The translations under genes were made by a program, and so were the position numbers. Below are positions 56,540-64,000 of a stretch of DNA of 64,000 bases, piece by piece (positions within the stretch are counted from its first letter, which is position 1; every line of letters starts with the position of its first letter). Below the pieces are notes generated by a model. That model was not told where the DNA came from, ran no database searches, and saw only the letters and a list, made by a program, of their open reading frames with translations. The DNA comes from Bacteroidaceae bacterium (GTDB taxonomy: Bacteria; Bacteroidota; Bacteroidia; Bacteroidales; Bacteroidaceae): NCBI GenBank assembly GCA_017620295.1, contig JAFZQR010000097.1, positions 2,905 to 66,904 on the forward strand. Reading direction: 5' to 3'.

Positions 56540-56596
56540 GTTGTATGCGTTGTCTGAGTGTGTAGGTTCATATCGTGTGTCAAGTAATGATTCCGC

Positions 56597-58012
56597 TCAG
56601 ATGTTGAAAGGATTCAGACTTCCTTCCATGAAATCTTTGCGAGGGAATGATTGATGTTGGGGCTCATAGAATAGATGCACAATTTCGTCGCTGTAGAAAG
56701 CTCCCGTGGGAGTCAGCTCAACTCGCTTGTCGTCTTCTGTGATGAGCCCATATTGTAGTAGCAAGTCAAACTGACGTCGGAAAAGTTGGCTGACATCGGC
56801 ACCTTGGTTAAGACGTTGGAAAAGCTGTTTGTCAATGAAATAGTTCTTGAGTGGCAGTATAGTGGACCATCGTGCTTGCTGGTCGGCGTTGCGGATAAGG
56901 CAGCGGTTGGCTGCAATCATCCCCTGCTCTGTCCGTTGGTAGTACTCGGCGAAATCAGGTGTGTTTATCATGAATCGGTCGTTGAGGCTGCTAAAAGCAG
57001 AAAGTCCGAATCCGACCTCGTCCTTGAGCCTACAACACTGGTTGTAGGCGTAGAGAGAAATATTTTTCCTGTTTTTCGTGAATACTCGGCGAAGGTTTTC
57101 TTGGTATCCGTGGTCTGCAAGTATTAGGTCGCTGATCTCTTTCATGCGGATAGTGTCCTCCACAGAAATCAATTCATCCTCATGGTAGGCTGAGAACTTT
57201 TTGATGGTTCCCTCTTGATCTCCGTAAGGCTCGATTTTCAAACGGTATAGTTGAATTTCGTCCGTACCTAAGCTGCAAGCTTCCTCCATGACATCAATCC
57301 AGTTTTGAAGTGTCTCTCCTGGGTGTCCATATATGAACTCGATGTTCACTTTGAAACCCATGTTGAGACAGTTCTGTATAGATTCTTTTGCTACTGCAAC
57401 ATCATGGGAACGGTTCATTTTTCGCAGTACAGCATCATTCAGCGACTGAATACCTATGGTAAGTCTATCGCCTTGATAGTCCTTTATAATTCTGAGTCGT
57501 TCCAAGCCATCTTCCCCTACAAGTGTGGATGGATCCACATCCCAGTTGAACTGTGGACACGAGGTGATGTCTACATACTTCGTGAAGAATGTGAGGAAAC
57601 GTTTTAGCTGAGAGGGTGATAAATCCGTTGGCGTTCCACCTCCCATCAGTATTGTTCGGCTCTTTATTCTCTCGATGCCGCGGAAGGATAACCAGTTACG
57701 CATCTCCATCTCCAAATGGTCAAGGTATATGTCTTTCTCACTCTCACTGCAGTGATAGTGGCTGGGGTAGTGGCAGAATAGGCACCGGCGGTGACAGAAT
57801 GGGATGTGGACATAGACATCGAACTTTCTAGTCTCCAACTCATGGAAGTCCCTATACGCCTCTTCAGGTGGAATTGGAGGGTAGTTTGTTATTGGGGGGT
57901 AGTGAACTCCTGCAGGGCTGAAGTCCCCATGCCTTGGAATCAGTCCCAGTCTTTGATATTCCTGAAATTCTTGCCAACGTGGGGTGGAAAGGGCTATGTA
58001 ATCTCTTTGCAT
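56597..58012 (-). CDS. HemN-like (class C) radical SAM enzyme, coproporphyrinogen-III-oxidase family
   Basis: VYVHIPFCHRRCLFCHY CxxxCxxC cluster motif, GGGTP, and a HemN_C-like C-terminus. The track start at 58039 is TTG; the first ATG is 58012. Confidence 0.8.
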   Translation of the reverse strand: MQRDYIALSTPRWQEFQEYQRLGLIPRHGDFSPAGVHYPPITNYPPIPPEEAYRDFHELETRKFDVYVHIPFCHRRCLFCHYPSHYHCSESEKDIYLDHLEMEMRNWLSFRGIERIKSRTILMGGGTPTDLSPSQLKRFLTFFTKYVDITSCPQFNWDVDPSTLVGEDGLERLRIIKDYQGDRLTIGIQSLNDAVLRKMNRSHDVAVAKESIQNCLNMGFKVNIEFIYGHPGETLQNWIDVMEEACSLGTDEIQLYRLKIEPYGDQEGTIKKFSAYHEDELISVEDTIRMKEISDLILADHGYQENLRRVFTKNRKNISLYAYNQCCRLKDEVGFGLSAFSSLNDRFMINTPDFAEYYQRTEQGMIAANRCLIRNADQQARWSTILPLKNYFIDKQLFQRLNQGADVSQLFRRQFDLLLQYGLITEDDKRVELTPTGAFYSDEIVHLFYEPQHQSFPRKDFMEGSLNPFNI

Positions 58013-58080
58013 ATCATTATTTTTTTCTGTTGACACCAATTAATACGGAAGCTCAATTGGTAATGCTCTTTAAATAATTC

Positions 58081-59097
58081 TTAAAGTGCGTTGTCCGTGG
58101 TCATGCCAGCTCGTGCCAAAATATCACGGAAATGGTCTGTCTGTGGACGGATACGCTTCGATGAGTATATTGGGAAATGTTTTTCCAACTCAGGTGGTGT
58201 GCCATCGTGTACAGTTACAGTGTTGGCACCAGCCATGAGTCCCAAGTATTGTCCATCCGGTATCATCTTCTCCAGAGAACTAGTCGTGGGCATATATCTA
58301 TGAGGATTCATTATTCGTAGTAGTGCCATCATGTTCAACGTCAGGTTGGCATCGCCGGAAGGCTCGTTGGCAAACTCTGAGTTCTCTGCAGGGATGAAGA
58401 TGGTGGTGCTGTTCATGGCAAGCGGGAGCTCATGGGCTAAAAGCAAATCCTGTACTAAGTCCGACAATGTCTGACGTGGCAGCCCCACAATGTTTCCAGA
58501 GCCAATGTTGAAGCCAACGTCATGAAGCGTCTCAATACAGCTCAAACGGTTCGCCAGCGTGTCATTAGGCTTGCAGTAGGAGAACAGCGACGCATTAGAT
58601 GTCTCAAACTTCAGAATGTAGTCAGATGCACCTGCATCGTGTAGGTCGGAATATTGCTCGCGTTGTAAATTGCCTAGGCACAGGATAATGCGTAGGAATG
58701 GGTATCTGGCCTTTGCTCTTGCAACAGCCTCGGTTACATCCGATATGAATGTGTCGTTGACGTTCTCTCCCGACTGTAAAAGTACAGTCTTTCGGCCATT
58801 CTCTACAAGGTGTGAAATGAGACGGAACATAATATCTGCACTCAGCGTGTAATTGAGTGCTTGGTCCTTACCGCCTATTGCACAATAACGGCATTTCTGG
58901 CGGCATACGTTGGACACCTCAATCACACTTCTTACCTGAGCATCATTGCGCGGAAAGCATGCCAGCCGCTGCTGACGTGCCATGGCGAAGAGCCGTTGCT
59001 GCGCTTCGCCTCTGGCCGTCAGTGCTTCTGAGAGTGTGTCTTCACTGTAGTCCTCACGGGCAAGAGCCGTGAGGAAAGATAACCCTTGGCAGCCCAT
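58081..59097 (-). CDS. HydE/BioB/PylB-like radical SAM enzyme
   Basis: SNVCRQKCRYCAIGG cluster motif. LQSGEN, KFETSN, RLSCIETLHDVGFNIGSGNIVGLPRQTLSDLVQDLL and LTLNMMALLRIM align by eye with Thermotoga HydE as I recall its sequence. Confidence 0.75.
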   Translation of the reverse strand: MGCQGLSFLTALAREDYSEDTLSEALTARGEAQQRLFAMARQQRLACFPRNDAQVRSVIEVSNVCRQKCRYCAIGGKDQALNYTLSADIMFRLISHLVENGRKTVLLQSGENVNDTFISDVTEAVARAKARYPFLRIILCLGNLQREQYSDLHDAGASDYILKFETSNASLFSYCKPNDTLANRLSCIETLHDVGFNIGSGNIVGLPRQTLSDLVQDLLLAHELPLAMNSTTIFIPAENSEFANEPSGDANLTLNMMALLRIMNPHRYMPTTSSLEKMIPDGQYLGLMAGANTVTVHDGTPPELEKHFPIYSSKRIRPQTDHFRDILARAGMTTDNAL

Positions 59098-59101
59098 TAT
59101 T

Positions 59102-59734
59102 CTACTCGTTTGGCTTGTCCCCTTTGTCGCCGTCGAACTGTCGCATTGCGAAAGTCAAATTAATCTTTTCCGCCGTCAGCGACTGTAGATACATGTCTTT
59201 GGTTATCCAGTCACGCTTGCCGTGATTGCTCACGGTGAAGCGGGCTGTTTCCGTGTAGGTCGTACTCTGGTGGTCATAGTAGTGCTTTGCCCTATAGACA
59301 TTAAAGTTCTGGTCCGTGTAGTTCAGGACAGAGTCTACTTCACAAGTATAAGTTACGACACCATTCTTATAGGTGTATGTGCCGTATTCACTCTCAAACA
59401 ATCCCTTCTTGTCATTTATTGTACCAACAATCTGATTTACGTAGGTGTAATTGGAACGTAGGACTAGTGTACGAGTTATATCTGTGTTTTTCTTCTGGAT
59501 GGCATCCCAGCCGGTATACTCTCCCACCCACGTCTTCTGGATGTTTGACAGGCTTGGAGTGAAAGACGCGTCAACTTTGAATTGGGTAGAGTCGTTCCAT
59601 GTGATAGCATTTTCATTTTGATTGTCATCCAAGTTGATTTTTGTTTCGTCATCTCCATCATCGCCGCATGAAATGAAATAGCTCGTTGTCATGGCCATAA
59701 CAGCCACAAATAATAGATTGAAATACTTTTTCAT
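59102..59734 (-). CDS. Lipocalin-like family lipoprotein (paralog 3), first gene of the locus
   Basis: The ATG at 59734 gives the lipobox MKKYFNLLFVAVMAMTTSYFISC; the track start at 59851 adds 39 non-signal residues. Motifs TWVGEYTGWD, TRTLVL, EYGTYTY and VDSVLNY. Confidence 0.6.
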   Translation of the reverse strand: MKKYFNLLFVAVMAMTTSYFISCGDDGDDETKINLDDNQNENAITWNDSTQFKVDASFTPSLSNIQKTWVGEYTGWDAIQKKNTDITRTLVLRSNYTYVNQIVGTINDKKGLFESEYGTYTYKNGVVTYTCEVDSVLNYTDQNFNVYRAKHYYDHQSTTYTETARFTVSNHGKRDWITKDMYLQSLTAEKINLTFAMRQFDGDKGDKPNE

Positions 59735-59989
59735 AATAGATAATGATTTGTTGGTAAATATGTTAGATTCTGTATTCGTCCATATTTGTTTGCCAGCACA
59801 TTGGTGCTGTTGAATTATCAGAGATGGCTCATCTGCAACCTTAATATCCAAAGTGGTTTAATGACCTATGGCTTGGGAGATGCTGCGATACACAACTGCT
59901 ATAGGCTGTACTCTGAGTAAAAACGATGCGATGATTACTTCTTATGCCCCTAATCCCCTGAGAGGCTGGTTGATATTTGAGGCTACGAC

Positions 59990-60031
59990 AAAAAAAAGAC
60001 GTGGGAACTGTCTCTGCTGCTCGTCCCACGT
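59990..60031 (-). terminator. Intrinsic terminator (8-bp stem, 17-nt loop, U8)
   Basis: On the minus strand, ACGUGGGA...UCCCACGU (plus-strand 60024-60031 / 59999-60006). A run of eight U follows 1 nt after the stem (plus-strand A-run 59990-59997). Confidence 0.65.
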
Positions 60032-60440
60032 ATAGAGGCTCTCGCATTGCCCGGTTTAGTTGAACGAGCAACGCTGATAGCCCACGCCGACATGTATATA
60101 TCAGTCTCCAATATAATTGTCATTGACGCGTGTATCAATAGACTAAACTACACGTCTTCATTGGAGATGAGTATAAACACATCCCGAGGACATCCACCGT
60201 TGCCTCGTCATTGACTAAACCAAGAATTTGCGAGATTCCTATACGTCAAAGACAAGACGCCTGAAGACGCCTTTTAATATGTCGTGACTCCTAATCCCGC
60301 CCACATCGGTAATTTGCAATCTTTACCAGAATAGGTTCAGATTCACCGATGCCTCCCGCCTTTGGACGGTATGTCATTTAATACAACCAGTCGTGGCTCG
60401 GCGTGGGCTCTGATGATATAGAGTCGCTACAAAAGTCGGT
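59990..60440 (-). ncRNA. Candidate structured noncoding RNA, or a long structured 3' UTR of the B3/4-domain gene
   Basis: ORF-free region. A 12-bp perfect long-range helix (60079-60090 / 60398-60409) encloses nested helices at 60106-60112/60160-60166, 60125-60134/60149-60156 and 60304-60310/60345-60351. It ends in the terminator. Confidence 0.3.
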
Positions 60441-60652
60441 AAAAATGCGAAAATGGACAAAGAAATACACGAAAAAAACAAAGTGATATGCTGAAGAACA
60501 TAAAAACAATCGTTAGCAACAGCACCTCCGCTAAGTCATTCGCAAACATAATAAGTCCATTATTGATGTTAAAGATGTTGATATGCCATTCTGAAACCTA
60601 AATCGACAACATGGTTATTTATCATTTGAACACCAACAGGTTAGTTCGTTGC

Positions 60653-61318
60653 TCATCTATAGATGAAGTATGTTCCGCCATCGCTCTGACAATACTTGCG
60701 GAGAAGGTCCTGAATATACTCCGCATTCTCCCTTACACGTTGTTCGTTGCCGTCATAGCCGTTGATTAGTACAACCAGATGATGTGTGCTATTGGAAATC
60801 TTTGTGCGCTCGTTATCGCTTGTTGGCGTTCCCACACCTCCTATGGTATCACGATAGACAGGCAACCCCTGGATATTAATCATCCCACGGCCTATGCCCT
60901 CGTATGGCTCGCCCTCACGTCCAATGCCTAATGTAAGTGTGTCGCCCACAAACTTGTCGGCGTCAAAACCGCCTATGCTGTAGCCGTATGCTATTGACGC
61001 CAGGTTTACGAGATCGACAAGAGTATTCAACTGATATAGTTCCTTGCCTTGAAGCACACGACGGATGAGTGCTTCTGATGCTGGACGGTATCTTGACGGA
61101 TCCTTGCCACAGGCCTTATAGACACGGCGTGTAGCAGCGATGCTTGTTATCTCCTTCAGCGATTCCGTGGTCAATTCTTCACGGAACTTATTGCAGAAGG
61201 CATCAATGTCCTGCCAGAGCAGTTCATTATAAGGGGTGTTGACAACAATAGCATCAACACATGCTCCGACAAATTCGGGACATACATTCTCTATATCCTG
61301 AGATACTATAACCTTCAT
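60653..61318 (-). CDS. B3/B4 tRNA-binding-domain protein (PheT-beta-related)
   Basis: RPASEALIRRVLQGKELYQLNTLVDLVNLASIAYGYSIGGFDADKF matches the B3_4 domain pattern as I recall it. 221 aa. Confidence 0.6.
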   Translation of the reverse strand: MKVIVSQDIENVCPEFVGACVDAIVVNTPYNELLWQDIDAFCNKFREELTTESLKEITSIAATRRVYKACGKDPSRYRPASEALIRRVLQGKELYQLNTLVDLVNLASIAYGYSIGGFDADKFVGDTLTLGIGREGEPYEGIGRGMINIQGLPVYRDTIGGVGTPTSDNERTKISNSTHHLVVLINGYDGNEQRVRENAEYIQDLLRKYCQSDGGTYFIYR

Positions 61319-62268
61319 CCTACAACGTTCACGGGTTTGTTATCAATAAAGGCCTTGACGTTATTCACAGCCACGTCTATCAGGCGTGTTCTTGCTTCCT
61401 TCGTTGCCCAGGCTATGTGTGGGGTGATGAAGGCATTGTCGCATTGCAGCAAGGGATTGCCAGCTCGGGGTGGCTCTTCTGTCAAAACATCGGCACAGTA
61501 TGCTCTCAGTCGGTGGCCTTGCAAGGCATCTGCCACATCCTGGTCATTTACAAGAGGCCCGCGACTTGTGTTGATGAGGATGGCTGAAGATTTCATCTGC
61601 AGGAGCGACTGCCGGCTAATCAGATGTCGGGTGTCTGGGGTTAGCGGACAGTGAAGGCTCACAATGTCGCTCTCTTGTAGCAACTCAGCCAAAGTGCGCT
61701 TTTCTATGCCTGCTGGTAGCGCTCCTGAAGATTTGCTGGTGCAGGCTATTACCTTCATGTTGAAAGCTTGGGCAATTGTAGCAACACGACTGCCAATATT
61801 CCCTAAGCCCACAATGCCGAAGGTTTTTCCTGCAAGTTCAGTCAACAGGGTGTCGCAATAGCTGAAGTCTGGACATGCCGACCATCTGCCCATTCGGTTT
61901 TGTATGGCATAATGTTCTGTGCGGTTGGTGATGGATAGCAGATGGGCAAACACCATCTGTGCTACGCTCTCGCTGCTGTAGGCTGGAACGTTGGTCACTA
62001 CTATTCCATGTTCGCGGGCGGAGTCCAAATCTACTATATTGTAGCCGGTAGCTAGTACGCCGATGTATTTTAGATTGGGAAGATGCTCTATTTCTGCTTT
62101 GTGCAGACAGACTTTGTTCGTCAGTATGATGGCTGCATCCTTGGCCCGCTCTACAGTCTCCTCAGGAGATGTGCGGTCATAGACTGTCAGTTCGCACATA
62201 CTTTCCAGAGCCTCCCATGTGAGGTCTCCAGGATTGGCTGTGTAGCCGTCTAGAATAACTCCCTTCAT
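61315..62268 (-). CDS. D-isomer-specific 2-hydroxyacid dehydrogenase (glycerate dehydrogenase-like)
   Basis: NAD-binding motif GIVGLGNIGSRVA, catalytic region TSRGPLV and HIAWAT. 317 aa. Confidence 0.85.
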   Translation of the reverse strand: MKGVILDGYTANPGDLTWEALESMCELTVYDRTSPEETVERAKDAAIILTNKVCLHKAEIEHLPNLKYIGVLATGYNIVDLDSAREHGIVVTNVPAYSSESVAQMVFAHLLSITNRTEHYAIQNRMGRWSACPDFSYCDTLLTELAGKTFGIVGLGNIGSRVATIAQAFNMKVIACTSKSSGALPAGIEKRTLAELLQESDIVSLHCPLTPDTRHLISRQSLLQMKSSAILINTSRGPLVNDQDVADALQGHRLRAYCADVLTEEPPRAGNPLLQCDNAFITPHIAWATKEARTRLIDVAVNNVKAFIDNKPVNVVG

Positions 62269-62293
62269 CTGTTTGTCGTGCGTTTATCAGTTG

Positions 62294-63085
62294 TCAGCGA
62301 CTGGTGGTGAGAGAAGAACGCTTCTCGCGGTTATAGCTGCGATAGTCATCTAACTCTATTTCAACTTCTGGCTCAGATAATTCGCCTTCAGCTGGCAGAC
62401 GAAAACGCATATATTTGATGGTCATGCCTCGGTCAAGCCATTGCTGCTCGTAATAGGTGCGGATGGAGAGGTCTAAAGCTGTTTCTGATGGTTCTAGTCC
62501 TTCATGGGAGATACCAAGGGTGGGGCTATATAAATCCTCTGTACACGCTTCGATTGGCAGATGGTTGTACTCTGCCATCACCTTGGTATAGGTGAATAGA
62601 AATGGACTATCGGTCTTAAGGTGTATGATGCCGTTAGGGCGGAGAAAGCGGCGGTATCGTTCAAGGAAATAGGTGGAAGTAAGTCGTTTGGTGGCCTTCT
62701 TCATCTGAGGGTCAGAGAACGTAAGCCATATTTCGTTTACCTCGTCTGGGGCAAAGAAACGGTCGATAATTTCGATGTTGGTGCGAAGAAAGGCCACGTT
62801 CTTCAAGCCTTCGTGTAGGGATTCTGTCGCACCGCTCCACATACGTGCTCCCTTGATGTCAACACCTATGAAGTTGCGGTCTGGGTAGCGACGAGCCAAC
62901 CCCACGGCGTACTCGCCGCGTCCGCACCCTAGCTCCAGTACTATGGGATTATCGTTGTGAAAGAACCTTTCCCTCCAATGCCCCCGCATATCAAAAGATA
63001 CGTCTTCGAGCATCGAAAATGGATACTCGAAGACGTGGGGATAGCTCGCCATGTCAGCGAACTTAGCTAATTTCCCTTTCGACAT
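62294..63085 (-). CDS. trmB: tRNA (guanine46-N7)-methyltransferase
   Basis: [20 protein letters not shown] and WLTFSDPQ are TrmB family motifs, plus a Bacteroidota-type C-terminal extension. Confidence 0.85.
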   Translation of the reverse strand: MSKGKLAKFADMASYPHVFEYPFSMLEDVSFDMRGHWRERFFHNDNPIVLELGCGRGEYAVGLARRYPDRNFIGVDIKGARMWSGATESLHEGLKNVAFLRTNIEIIDRFFAPDEVNEIWLTFSDPQMKKATKRLTSTYFLERYRRFLRPNGIIHLKTDSPFLFTYTKVMAEYNHLPIEACTEDLYSPTLGISHEGLEPSETALDLSIRTYYEQQWLDRGMTIKYMRFRLPAEGELSEPEVEIELDDYRSYNREKRSSLTTSR

Positions 63086-63102
63086 CTGTTCGTGTTAGAT
63101 AA

Positions 63103-64000
63103 TTACTCTATCACCACTCGTGTCCATCCGTGAATGTCTGGCTCAATGCCGTACTGGATGTTGCGGATAGTGTTGTACAGACGTGTTGATATCGGGCCAG
63201 GCTTTCCATCCTTTGAGAATACGTAGCTCTTGCCGGTTGTTGGGTCATCAATGCGCTCGATTGGACTGATGACAGCTGCTGTGCCACATGCTCCTGCCTC
63301 CTCAAAGGTCGCCAGTTCCTCTTCTGGTATCTGACGACGCTCTACCTTCAAACCAAGGTCTTCTGCTATCTGCATAAGACTCTTATTTGTGATAGAGGGG
63401 AGAATGCTAGTGCTGGCGGGGGTGACGTAGGTGTTGTTCTTGATGCCGAAGAAGTTGGCTGCACCGCACTCGTCAATGTATTTCTTTTCTTTGGCATCGA
63501 GATAGAACTCGCATGAGTAGCCCATGTCGTGGGCTATTTTGTTTGCCTTGAGGCTGGCAGCATAGTTGCCGCCCACCTTATATATTCCAGTGCCGAGCGG
63601 TGCCGAGCGGTCGTAGTCGCGTGTGATAACGTATGGGTTGGTGGAGAAACCACCCTTGAAGTATGGCCCTACAGGTGTCACAAACATCAGGAAAAGGTAT
63701 TCTGAGGCTGGATGAACACCCACTTGGGCTGATGTGCCAATGAGCAAAGGACGGATATATAGAGTTGCGCCGCTCTCGTATGGAGGGACAAAACGCTCGT
63801 TCAGGCGTACGACGCGTGTCACCATCTCTTGGAAAAGCTCTGTTGGAACCTCTGGCATCAGTATGCCGCGACAAGTACTCTGCAGGCGAGCTGCGTTCTC
63901 GTCATCGCGGAACACACGCACCTTGCCGTCTGGGCAGCGGTATGCCTTCAAACCCTCAAAGGCCTCCTGTCCGTAGTGCAAGCTTGTAGCTGCCATATGA
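63103..64000 (-). CDS. ilvE: Branched-chain amino acid aminotransferase; N-terminus lies beyond the window
   Basis: LHYGQEAFEGLKAYR, YIRPLLIG, VGGNYAASL and GACGTAAVISP are class IV aminotransferase motifs. The frame is open to the window edge. Confidence 0.85.
   Translation of the reverse strand, partial: HMAATSLHYGQEAFEGLKAYRCPDGKVRVFRDDENAARLQSTCRGILMPEVPTELFQEMVTRVVRLNERFVPPYESGATLYIRPLLIGTSAQVGVHPASEYLFLMFVTPVGPYFKGGFSTNPYVITRDYDRSAPLGTGIYKVGGNYAASLKANKIAHDMGYSCEFYLDAKEKKYIDECGAANFFGIKNNTYVTPASTSILPSITNKSLMQIAEDLGLKVERRQIPEEELATFEEAGACGTAAVISPIERIDDPTTGKSYVFSKDGKPGPISTRLYNTIRNIQYGIEPDIHGWTRVVIE

Noticed and set aside
59990-60440. Tested the structured gap region as a cobalamin, TPP, SAM or ZTP riboswitch, or as RNase P, tmRNA or SRP RNA
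   Set aside because: The conserved cores are absent or in the wrong order or strand (GCCACUG B12 box after GGUGxAAxUCC, CUGAGA...ACCUGAUCUGGAUAAUGCCAGCG, GAGGAAAGUCCGGGC, and the tRNA-like CCACCA end). A partial GTCGTGGCTCGGCG resemblance to the ZTP core is on the plus strand, with no downstream plus-strand gene. The terminator is also about 255 nt from the next start codon, which is atypical for a riboswitch expression platform.
1-64000. Searched by eye for CRISPR arrays, tRNA/rRNA genes, IS elements with terminal inverted repeats, and prophage genes
   Set aside because: I saw no regularly spaced direct repeats, no tRNA T-loop signatures (GGTTCGAATCC-like) in intergenic regions, and no transposase other than the solitary HUH-like gene. 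No integrase/att pairs, capsid or terminase-like ORFs were recognised.

Overview
The window looks like a Bacteroidota chromosome segment, probably Prevotellaceae-like. Evidence: repeated TAnnTTTG -7 promoter boxes, an adjacent PorU/PorV type IX secretion pair, BACON and LruC lipoproteins, and no Shine-Dalgarno dependence. I found no rRNA, tRNA, CRISPR array or intact mobile element. Layout: (1) 1-12.9 kb, a tight minus-strand LPS/lipid A decoration and export operon: LicD, GT10 fucosyltransferase-like, WbbI-like GT, Kdo/WaaP-family kinase, late acyltransferase, phosphoethanolamine transferase, PAP2 phosphatase, MsbA, and two LTA-synthase-like sulfatases. (2) 13-20 kb, a metallophosphoesterase, then an operon of an FhaA-N (DUF3662)-like protein, a 1389-aa natural SEDS (FtsW/RodA)-class B PBP fusion, and an overlapping xerD. 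(3) 20-28.6 kb, an accessory-looking stretch: a DUF4160/DUF2442 pair, a promoter-to-terminator small RNA candidate, a single HUH/Y1 transposase-like gene, a helix-hairpin-helix outer-membrane barrel, a multi-HTH protein and an Upf1-like helicase. (4) 28.6-43.3 kb, core genes (ispF, porV, porU, FAH-family, cdaA, folP, rplU, rpmA), two tandem LruC-domain lipoproteins and an unlisted 59-aa membrane ORF. (5) 43.3-59.7 kb, the most interesting block: a 13-gene same-strand envelope locus headed by a HydE-like and a HemN-like radical SAM enzyme and a tandem double methyltransferase. These are followed by a DMT transporter, a 919-aa plug-barrel, paralogous surface lipoproteins, three lipocalin-like paralogs and small barrels. 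I know of no characterised pathway with this composition. (6) 59.7-60.65 kb, an ORF-free ~0.9 kb region with nested helices and an intrinsic terminator, a candidate structured RNA. (7) 60.65-64 kb, housekeeping genes: B3/4-domain protein, 2-hydroxyacid dehydrogenase, trmB, and partial ilvE. All functional calls come from motif recognition by eye; no database search was possible.
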